Below are positions 37,409 through 47,752 of a stretch of DNA of 64,000 bases, in pieces (positions within the stretch are counted from its first letter, which is position 1; each line of letters begins with the position of its first letter). A program made the position numbers and the translations under genes. Below the pieces are notes generated by a model. That model was given only the letters and a program-made list of their open reading frames with translations. It searched no databases and had not been told where the DNA came from. Source of the DNA: Octopus sinensis (taxonomy: Eukaryota); NCBI RefSeq assembly GCF_006345805.1, contig NC_042999.1:21638001-21702000 (forward strand), in the 5' to 3' direction.

Positions 37409-37938
37409 TATGTATGTATATATGTATGTATGTATGTTTATATGTATGTATGTATGTATGTGTGTGTATGTATGAATGAACGTATGTATGTATGTACCTA
37501 TGTGTGTAAGTATGCGTACAAGTATTTATATATATATATATATATATATGCATGCATGTATGCATGTCACGTTTCAGTTTAGGTTCGAGATTTCTTGCTA
37601 ATAAAAAAAAGAACAGGTTTCTAGCCGAGATCCTAGACTCCTTCATTGGAATTTCAACATCAACATCTGTATATTTGTATGTATGTATGTATGTATGTAT
37701 GTATGTATGTATGTATGTATGTATGTATGTATGTATGTATGTATGTGTGTATATATGTGTGTGTCTGTATGTATATATGTAAGTGTGTATGTATGTATGA
37801 ATGAATTATGTACTCATGTATGTATGCATTATGTGTGTAAAAGGACTAGCTGGTATAGAGATATTTAAAATGTAACATGCTTAATTTTTACAAATTATAT
37901 TATACAGTGAATTTAAAATTGAGTACACAAATTAATAT

Positions 37939-37980
<42 letters not shown>

Positions 37981-38156
37981 CAGAGTACGAAATTTGTCAA
38001 AAAACAATCAGAGAGTAATTATACATAGAATATTCAACTATAAAGACTCTTTTCTAGATTTGTATCAGTTATTTATTTATGGATACATTAGCAACAACTT
38101 TACTTCTCCTGTGTAAATGTTTGTCTCCTTTGAAACTAACGCTCTACCATTTAGCT

Positions 38157-40220
38157 CTAAATCTCGTTGTCGATATCATTTGCGTTCAGCCGTCCTATAA
38201 AACGTTCCCAAAACATTCCTTCATATTCTTCGTCGTTCGGCCATTCGAGATACGTTTTCTGTTTCAGTAGAATTCCAAGCCTATTAGTCTGTAAATTCGA
38301 CGGAATTTCATTTAACAAAACAGGAATGATAATATCGTAGTGCTCTTCTAAGATCTTTTGCTGGGCAATACTTGCTTCAAACTGGCACCAGCTACTCTGA
38401 GCAAAATCATTTGACAACACTAGAACAACCTTACGGCTTTGTTGCATGCTGTCTACGATATTATCAACAATATCGTTTCCAACCAAAAAATCCCTGTCAT
38501 GTAAACATAAATTGAAATGGTTTTCTTCTTCTATAATGGGTAAAAGTTTATTCAGAACCCAGTTGACGTCAGTGCTGCAATAACATATGAACGCATCGTA
38601 CTTATATGGGCCATTATTAACGAGCACTTTGTATTTTCTTTTTCTTACTAATGATTGGTAAATACAGAGGCGAGTCGACCATCGTTTTGTATATGATAAT
38701 ATTGCTGTAAATACAAACATCACTGCCAGCACAGCTACAATCACCCCAGCAACGGCGATAGAAGATGGTTTGCTTATATCTTCACAGTAATCCCAGCTTA
38801 GAGAAAAATTTCGCAAATGAATGTGACCAAGTGAGTTGGGACTGACGCAACGGTAAATTTTGTAATTCTTCAATCGCCCTGCATTTCTCTTTGACCAGTC
38901 TCGAAACCAGAGTGTTTTGCAGTCACAAACGAACGGGTTGTTTGAGAGATCAATATTCAGTTTCTCGTTGCTGAATAGTAAATGGGAAAATAATTTTGGA
39001 TTAACATAGATAATTTTATTATCCTTTAACTCCAGTGTACGCAATACTCTCATAGCTGAGCAATTCGCTTTGTTCCATTTGCTAACATCTGTGTTAGAAA
39101 TGGTAAGTTCTCTAAGCTTATTCATATTACAAATCGCATCTGGAACTTTACTAATATGCTCATCAGTAATCTTCAGACTTTCCAGTTTAGTCAGTGGCTT
39201 AAGTAAATCGTTGGCGTTTATGTTACTGACATTTCTCAGAATCAAATGTTGTAGCTGTGTGCACGACTTTAATAACGAAGACGGTTTGCCTTCGTTAACA
39301 ACAACATGAATGTTAATTAGCTCCACTGATACCCATGATTTGTTTTTGAAGACGTTTCGCTCAAATCTTAAGACATGGTGCTTAAGAGATTCTAAACTTA
39401 CTGTTCGTAGACTTTTCAAATTCTGGAAAACATCCGATTTGATTAAAGAGATATCCCCAACAAAGATACCCAATTTAGTTAGACCGTCAAATCCTTTGAA
39501 AAAATTGCTGTTTAGGTAATTAAATCCTGATAAACCTAAGAACAGCTTTTCAAGTTTTGGGTAAAATTTAATTCCTATTTCGTTTCTAAATTTTGGTAAA
39601 GTTGAAATTTCGTTATGATACAAATCTAGATAAGTCAAATTAGGAAGATATCCCCAGTCGGTAACTCTGGTAATACCGTCTCCTTGAAGAACAAGTTGGT
39701 CTAATTGATCCATACCGGTGAAATAGCTGCCATCAAAACGTACCATATTACATTTATTTATGAAAATTCTTGAAACGTTAGTTCCTCTGAGACCATCAAA
39801 TATATCTTTAGTCAAATATTCGAATTTCATTTCATTGAAAACTAATTTTTTTGTAGTCAGTGGTAAACCAAACAGCACATTTCGTAATTCTTGAAGGGGC
39901 AACCAAAGTTTAATAATTGCGACTTCTTGTATATACTTCAAAGACTTAAATACATCATTAGTAGATGTCTTAAGGACGGTGGACTTAATTAACAAATGTC
40001 CTAGTAAGGGCAGTTCTGTCAAATTTTGAAAGGTTTGGTTGTCCCAATTGTCAATATTTAGGTCTGTGAATGTTACAGCTGTAGTGTAATTTGGGAAAGT
40101 TGGAACAAAATGGCTCCCATAACATAAGTATCTATCTTTTTTTATAACGCGACATCCTTTCACTTCACTACATGAAACATGAAATATCAGGAGGAGTACG
40201 CTTAGAGACAAAGAATTCAT
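38157..40220 (-). CDS. Toll-like receptor paralog 3, 687 aa
   Basis: Same architecture; TIR differs from paralog 1 at 3 of 147 residues by eye. Confidence 0.97.
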   Translation of the reverse strand: MNSLSLSVLLLIFHVSCSEVKGCRVIKKDRYLCYGSHFVPTFPNYTTAVTFTDLNIDNWDNQTFQNLTELPLLGHLLIKSTVLKTSTNDVFKSLKYIQEVAIIKLWLPLQELRNVLFGLPLTTKKLVFNEMKFEYLTKDIFDGLRGTNVSRIFINKCNMVRFDGSYFTGMDQLDQLVLQGDGITRVTDWGYLPNLTYLDLYHNEISTLPKFRNEIGIKFYPKLEKLFLGLSGFNYLNSNFFKGFDGLTKLGIFVGDISLIKSDVFQNLKSLRTVSLESLKHHVLRFERNVFKNKSWVSVELINIHVVVNEGKPSSLLKSCTQLQHLILRNVSNINANDLLKPLTKLESLKITDEHISKVPDAICNMNKLRELTISNTDVSKWNKANCSAMRVLRTLELKDNKIIYVNPKLFSHLLFSNEKLNIDLSNNPFVCDCKTLWFRDWSKRNAGRLKNYKIYRCVSPNSLGHIHLRNFSLSWDYCEDISKPSSIAVAGVIVAVLAVMFVFTAILSYTKRWSTRLCIYQSLVRKRKYKVLVNNGPYKYDAFICYCSTDVNWVLNKLLPIIEEENHFNLCLHDRDFLVGNDIVDNIVDSMQQSRKVVLVLSNDFAQSSWCQFEASIAQQKILEEHYDIIIPVLLNEIPSNLQTNRLGILLKQKTYLEWPNDEEYEGMFWERFIGRLNANDIDNEI

Positions 40221-40787
40221 TGTGCAGAAATTTAGTTACGAATTTGGATGGGTTGATCTACAAAGCTTCATTCTATTCAGGTCGTCAGGATTTCCTCCAT
40301 ACCTGAAATAGTTCAAACGAAACACTACACTTAATACAAAAGAATTTATATTACAAATCACTAAAACTAAATCATATTAGGACAATAAAGCATGAAATAA
40401 ACATATATTAATGAATTCTATAAGGGACAATATTTAGTGTATAATATGTCAAATTTTAAATTCAGCAATATGCTTCTTGCTCTAGATCTAGAAGGGAAGA
40501 AATTATTGTCGATTATTCCAAATCTATTGATAATAAACACCACCAATAAGGACACAATGCTAATTTTACGGGAGAGTAAAGACAAGTACATCGACCCTCA
40601 CCTATATATTTCTCGTATTTATTTTTCTGACAATGACTCTTAAAGTTGCCCTTGGGAAGCCATACACCCTTAAACGCAACACGTAAAAACCTCAAAACAT
40701 TTCATTCATGCTCTGACGCTCAGCTTCTTCAGCCATGCATCCCTCTCAACCGAAAAAGAAATGGTAGATTGTAGTCTGAGTTAATTG

Positions 40788-40846
<59 letters not shown>

Positions 40847-41612
40847 GAGTGTGTACAGAGTGGAGGTGAGTGCTCGTGGGTGTAGAGTTATCAGTCACGT
40901 TAGAAGATAGCATATCCGCCTAAATGAGAGTAATTCTTGAAGCTAAGATAGCATTCCATTCTTTATGATATTTATTTTATAATTTATTTCTAGTCTGGCT
41001 TCACAGAAGTCTTTCAGTCAATAGCTATACAGAGCAATTTAAGAGAGAGTTCTCCCTCGAGGATGAAATATGAAAATATACAGTAAAAACAGCAGCTGGT
41101 AAGGGTCAGATGTGCACAGAGGGACCAAAGCATATGGGGCTATTCCCGTTTGAAATACTGAGGAAACAACACGAAAATGTAAATGACCAACAGCTGTAGA
41201 AACTTCAGTCTCACAATGTCTCAACAATGCTTGACAGTTGGTACTTTTGCGTAATGGACAAGGTTGAAGTGACTAAAGCCCTGGGGATATTTTAATCATT
41301 TTGTTTAATAAGAGTAATGATAAAGAACATAAAGAAATACGAAGACGAGTTAAATTTGACTGCCACATATATTCCGCTGCTGAAAGGAAACACGGTAAAC
41401 ATGAATATTTCCGTTAATGAAAACACACAAGCCCTCGTGCAGCTGGAAGATGTCCGCGGGAAGAACACAAATCAAGACGACGAGGATCTCTCTTCACATT
41501 TCTATCCTCACAGAGGCAGCATATCAGAATGAAACTGCTCTCATGTCAAAGATCCAAACTCCATCATGTCGACTCTACACTCTGAGGAATTAGCGGGAAA
41601 AGCTTCTCCAAT

Positions 41613-41660
<48 letters not shown>

Positions 41661-41682
41661 TATTAAAATTATAATTTAGGGT

Positions 41683-42030
41683 CTCTAAGAGATAACACTA
41701 CGCAGGAAATAGCAGCCAAACCTTGACTCTAAAACCACACCAAAAGCCTACACAGCACCAAAACAAACGAGTAAAAATTTACTGGATGAGTCTAGATCCC
41801 GGACATCTGACTCCGCATAAGAAACGCCCCGCCTCATCAGTGGAATATACACAAATAGCACATAATAGCATATATTCCACTGATGTGGCTGGGCGTTTCT
41901 AATCAAGAGGTCCGGGATCTGGAGTTTTCCAGTAAATTTTTTTGTTCACTCCTCGTGATGTGTGGGCGTTTGGTGTGGTTTTAGAGTCAGGTTTTGGTTG
42001 CTATTTCCAGCGTGGTGGTAACATTTAGAT
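41683..42030. repeat. Palindromic element, paralog in unit 3
   Basis: Colinear with 19781-20148. Confidence 0.8.
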
Positions 42031-42369
42031 AGTTAGCAACTTCCTTGTCTTTCTCTCTAAGCTTTTCGTTCGCCTATTTTCCATGCGAGTACTTCTGTTC
42101 TATATGAAAGAGTGAAGCCGCCCAAGTATTGATAGCTTCGGTCTTATTCCGTCCATTTAATTTCGACTCTAGGATCAGTCTCAGTCTGCGCAAATTCTCC
42201 ACCTAAACTTTTTCTGTCATTTCTCTCTCCATCAATTTATACATTTCCAAAATCGTCGACAGAACTTATTCTTTGCCGAACTGCTAAGTTACGGGGACGT
42301 AAAAACACCAGCAACGGTTGTCAAGCCATGTCGGGGGAAAGACACAGACACCTGCATACACAGAGGTAC

Positions 42370-42412
<43 letters not shown>

Positions 42413-42767
42413 CATATATACGACGGAATTCTTTCAGTTTCCGTCTACCAAATCCACTCACAAGGCTTTGGTCGGCCCGAAGCTATAGTAGGAGACGCTT
42501 GCCCAGGGTGCCTTAGTAGTAGGACTGAACCCGGAACCATGTGGTTGGTAAGCAAGCTACTTACCACACAGCCACTCCTACTCCATTCCTTTGTTATAAT
42601 TATCTATATAATCGTAAGATATTTTTAATATACATACATACATATGTGTGGGTGGGTGTGCGCGCGTGCGTGGGGGTGTGTATGTGTATTTATACATACG
42701 CGTTTGAATACTGATGACTATAGATACATATACCTGTACATGTGTGGGTGTGTATATATATATCTCT

Positions 42768-44178
42768 CTATATAAAACTGAGAATTTGTGTCTGTCTGTC
42801 TGTCTGTCTGTCTGTGTGTTTCCCTAAAACCTGAGAACTACAAAACTAATTTCACTCAAATTTTACACATGCCTTACTAAGGGTCCGGGGAATGTCATCG
42901 ACAAAAATGTTCAATTTCTTGACTAGGGCGAGCCCTTAGCAATATCATATCTTCTCCACAATTTCAGTATTACGTGTTAAAAGTGAAACGAAAACATTTC
43001 TCTAATTTATGTCAGATACTTTCACTTTAATAATAAAAATAATAATAACAATTGAATTATATGTAGTAATTAATAATTAAAATAAAACTAAAGTATGATA
43101 TAATCGTAACATAATAAAAGTAAAAATAGCAATTGCTATAAAATTGCATCACTACCTTGAACTTGAATAAGTGGTTTCACATGAATGGGAATAATTTAAA
43201 AATAAAATTAGCGTGCAGAAATAGAATAGTCCAGATAGACTATTATACATAAAGGACTATAGCTTCAACTGCATACTGCTTTTTGTTGTTATTATTATTA
43301 CTGTTTAACTATTGTTATCACGGGTGTTGGTTCCTCGTAAGGGAAACGTTGTTGTGTTGCATTTGTTAAATAATTGTAAACCGTAACCCTCCCCCTTTGG
43401 GAGAAGGAGCTTTGGTTATTGTTTAAAAAGTGAATTATGTCCCTGTTTGTGGAAATTGACAATATTTTCACCGTTTACACGGAAGCATTTTTGTTAGAAT
43501 GCCTTCGATATAAGAAAGTCCAAAAATGAATTTCGCTGCAGCCGTCGGCGGGTGCGAACTCATTAAAATTAAAATGGAAGAAATACAAACCTATTTCGGA
43601 TTGATCACCGACAAAGACGGTGAATCTAGGATAACACCACCAAACGAAATAAAAAAAAATAGACTATTGTCTATAGTAGTATACAATGTAGAGAAGAAAA
43701 AAAGATTTGAACATCTGGAGGAAAGCACCATCGAAAAGTGTCTTGGTGCGACTATGAAAAATATCTAACCAGAGGCGGTAAATTCGGTACAATAGAAGCA
43801 AGGTTCGAGTCAACGGAGCGTGCAAAGGGGAAATATTTTATATTCACCTTTATATCTGGGACGTAGGAAGCCCCGGATACAAATTTAAAATGTCCCCCCC
43901 CCGAAGTAGAGGTAGGCTGTATTGTAGCCACACTTCTATGCAAGAGGGATGACAAGATACAATTGATCGAGATTACCATAGACGAGCCTACAATTCCAGT
44001 CTGTCATATATTTTGAGTATTGTTGTCACTTGCGATATCAAGATATAACTTTAAATTTTCTATATTATGTGTAGATGTATATATATATATATATATATAT
44101 ATAGATGTACATGTAATATGTACACATATACACATGCACTAGCAATATAAACCGGCAACGACGGGTCATACTGCCAGT
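42768..44178 (+). mobile_element. Possible non-autonomous Helitron/HINE-like element (partial paralog 20958-22150)
   Basis: 5' TC-TATATAAAA plus (GTCT)n tract; 3' CCGGCAACGACGGG...CCAGT resembles a hairpin + CTAG end. Confidence 0.35.
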
Positions 44179-44199
44179 ATATATATATATATATATATC

Positions 44200-45100
44200 T
44201 ATAGGGAGAATTCATAATAAAACACAAAATACGAAGACTGTGGTGTAGACAACAAACAGATGTATTAGTTTAACGCTCGGGAAGTGGAAAAGTCTTTAAC
44301 GTTAAAGAATTTTTCACTTTTTGCGCAGAAAGGAACACAGAAAGAAACAAGGAGAGAAAATGAAGAATGTGTAGTGGCAAGCGTTCTATCATGGCGAATG
44401 CCGGACAGAGGGGTCACACAGGAGATCTAGGAAGAAGGGGTGATAATAAAGTAGTGGTGATCCCAAAACGAATGTCTGTGTGTGAGTGTATGAGGGAACA
44501 TGTATGTTCGTGTGGAAGAAGTTTGGTGACCTTGAAGTGTGCGTGTGTGTAGGCGTAGGTGTGTAGATATGGAGCCGGGATGTTGTCCATGCTAGTGTGC
44601 GCGTGGTGGTGTGATGTGGTGCTGTTTGGTATGGTAGTGTATGGTGTAGAAGTGTGCGGTGTGGTGTGATGGAGTTTGGATGTGCAGGAGGCGATAGTGG
44701 GGAAAGCAATGGTGGGGTGTGGTTTAGGCTGCGTCTGGGGATAGGGTTGGGGTTTGTGGGTAGGCTGCGGGTGGGGTAGAGTTGGAGTATGTGTGCAGGC
44801 TGAGTTTGGGGCTAAAGGTGGGATTTTGTGTGGGTGGGTGTAAGGGATGGGATGAGGTTGGGATGGATAGCAAGAATTGTGAGACGTATATTTAGAAAAT
44901 ATGGTAGATTATAAGCAAGCAATTATTCTCCGAGATGAAGGTGAGGTGGGGTGCGAGTATACATCTTAGGTGGAATACATAATTTGCATACAAGCGTAAT
45001 TGTATTATACGGAGGTGCTTCTGCTATTATTGACTAAGACAATGTGTATTGTATATACTTTAACTTAAGTTCGTGTATGCATGCGGCTAGCGTTGTTGTG
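44200..45100 (-). mobile_element. Penelope-like pLTR fragment, family 2, ribozyme core destroyed
   Basis: Homologous to 10948-11510; absent from the paralog 1 unit. Confidence 0.45.
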
Positions 45101-45864
45101 AATATATATTTAAGTTAGTAAAAAAATTCAAAGGAGCCCTATAGCGACTCTTAAAATCAATAGTAAATCTTATGTAAACCCTTAACCTGTGTGCTGCAGA
45201 AATCCCGTTTCCAAGATTTTGAATATTTGGTTTCATTGAGTTTGTCGGAGTTATACAATTTATACTTAAGGAAATTCCTAAATAACACATTCTTTATTCG
45301 GGCATTATCTGTAGTATTAGATTGTTAGTTAGTTATTAGACTATATAGAAGATATTGGCAATTTTAGTTTTGAGTTTTGTATCAGGGATATAAAATAGAG
45401 CTTGGTGGTTATATGAAGCATGGGTGTTAAATATCTTCTCATTGGCATATAAGATTGAAATTCTAATAGAAATGGCCGTTACCATGCTATCGAGGGATAA
45501 TCAAGGACGATTAGAGAGAATATGTAAGAACTGAAGAGTTTGGTTGGGTTTCCTATATGGATAGTGAAGATTAATATTAAGATTAAGTATGATATCCATT
45601 TATTATCCATTTATTATCCTTTTCAAATGCAATATTTAAATTATAATTTTTAAAGAATTTTATCAAAAATAATAATAACACCATCGAAAAATAGGTAGGA
45701 ATGAGAACCCAGGTTCGAAATTTTTCCACAAGACACCTGGAGAACGCTGAAGTGTATATCAGCCGACAGTTGTGTTAACAAGAAACAAGATATCCCTCGA
45801 ATGTAAATATTGTAAAGAATGTACATAATTCCTCATCTCTTAAGCATAGAAAAGTTTCACTTGC

Positions 45865-46158
45865 CGAAAAAATATATATGGAACAATTATCAACCAGCAA
45901 CTGTATAATACACAACAATGGTGATACTGTTACCGGTTTATTGTTGCATAAAACTCGGTGACTGAGTGATAATATTGTTTTCGATACAGGAAGCAAAATA
46001 GCAACAAGGACCATTATCAATTAGTATTAATTATTACATAAAGAGAAGTTAAAAATTGAAAGCATTTGTACCATCCCAGTAATTAAATGTGCAAGTAATT
46101 ACTAATATGAGAGAGGCTTTACTTAGTCTGAAATCCTCCACACTTTGACCTACATTGC
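45865..46158 (-). promoter_or_regulatory. Predicted exon 1 / promoter block of TLR paralog 3 (GC donor)
   Basis: Paralog of 22859-23150; donor reads CG|GCAAGTG (GC at 45864-45863). Confidence 0.55.
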
Positions 46159-46159
46159 C

Positions 46160-46824
46160 AACGTTGAAGTCCGCCAACGTTTACTTGATCGCTGCAACAA
46201 TTAGAGCGAGGAATATTTGAGCATAATAGTCACAGGAGATGAAATGGGGTTTCATCATTAAGAGGCAGAATCTGAAAGAAAGAGTATGGAGCGCAAATAT
46301 CCTGGCTCGCCAGCGACGAAGATATTCAAGACTCAGTCGTCCGCGGGTAAGGTTATGCTAACCATATTTTGGGACTCAAAAGGGCAAGATATATACAAAA
46401 GCCAGCAAACGCCTAAGCCTATTGTCAAAGGCAGTGTTGTTGCATGATAACGCACGCCCACACACCGCCGCCCATACCCTTGAAACCATTAACCAATCGA
46501 GTTCTGAAGTGCTGGAATATGCTGCCTACAACCCAGATCGCGCCCCTCCCCAGTATCATATCTTTGGGTCACTCTAAGATGGTTTACAAGGTCGTCGATT
46601 TTCTACGGATGAAGATGTGAAAAAAGTGCTGCATAAATTGTTGTAAGACTGACCGATAACCATCTTGATGGAGGGAATACGGAAGCTTGTGGACCGCTGG
46701 ACCAAATGCAATTGAAGGGAAGGAGACGATATAGACAAATGACGTGTTTCTTTACCCCACTGTTTTTGTGTAAATAGATTGAAAAAAAAACAAGAGTGCG
46801 TATAATTTATGACTCTCCCTCGTA
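46160..46824 (+). mobile_element. Mariner (DD34D-type) transposase relic with right TIR
   Basis: IVTGDE, SAGKVMLTIFWDSKG, LHDNARPHT, YNPD motifs with frameshifts; right end ...GACTCTCCCTCG followed by TA. Confidence 0.85.
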
Positions 46825-47542
46825 TGCATACGTTTATAAATGTGTATACATATGCACACACAAACACATACACACACATATACAAATGCATAAAAGGGAC
46901 TCACACTCGCATATATATGTACATATATTGATTTATTCATTTATTGGTTTACATATTCAAGATACAATTTTCACACATATTTAAAGCTTTTCTCTAAAGC
47001 ATACGTATATTGTGTTCTAAAACCAGGCTATTCGTAGTTATATGTTGTAGTGGAATATTAAAACGTAATAGAATAATAAAATAAAACTTATACATGTTTT
47101 CTGCGAGCGAAAATTTACCAAAATTACCTGGAAATCTAATTATATATAAAAAAAGGAAAATTTGATAATCTACATTTAATTAGTATTATATTTCTGCATT
47201 TGTTACCGTAGTAGTGTGTATTGTATGTTTACAATAAAACAATTTTGAAACTAATAATATTTCATATGTGTGTGTCGTTTTATTAGTTCCATTATTTTTC
47301 TACAAATTTTACAATACAATGAGGGATAAATATTTCTAAAATGCATGCACAAGCACTTCTGTTTATTCAAATAGTGAGTTTGGAATCGTGTGTAGATGCT
47401 TACTTAGAACGAAACTGTATGCCATGAAAGATTATAGTCTTATTAATATTCGTTTTGACATGAAATATATTTAGGATTGCTTTCATAATATTAAACGTTG
47501 ATGTCACATTTGTTACTAGATATCTAAGCATTTACACTGCTG

Positions 47543-47606
47543 TTCATCGGAATTCGAGCAGCTTCACCGAGGACTTCATCGGAATTCTAGCAGTTTCACC
47601 GAGGAC
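47543..47606. repeat. 2 x 32-bp tandem duplication downstream of TLR paralog 4
   Basis: TTCATCGGAATTCGAGCAGCTTCACCGAGGAC twice (30/32 identical). Confidence 0.85.
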
Positions 47607-47752
47607 TAATTTCTCTATAAGATGTTGTTAGAAAAATTCCTCTTTGTCCAAAACAACATCAAATAAAATATATTCAGTTTTGTTTTCTTACGGAAAATGT
47701 GTGCCGATACATTTGCTTTTCTCTTTTTGAATGAATCCATTACCCATCAGTT

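Larger units (their letters stand above)
40303..45864 (-). other. Predicted 5'-UTR intron of TLR paralog 3 (GC-AG, 5562 nt)
   Basis: GCAAGT donor; TATTTCAG acceptor 82 nt before the ATG. Confidence 0.45.

Noticed and set aside
41317-41532. 71-aa ORF conserved between units 1 and 3
   Set aside because: The unit 1 copy has an in-frame stop (about 18828); no recognisable domain.
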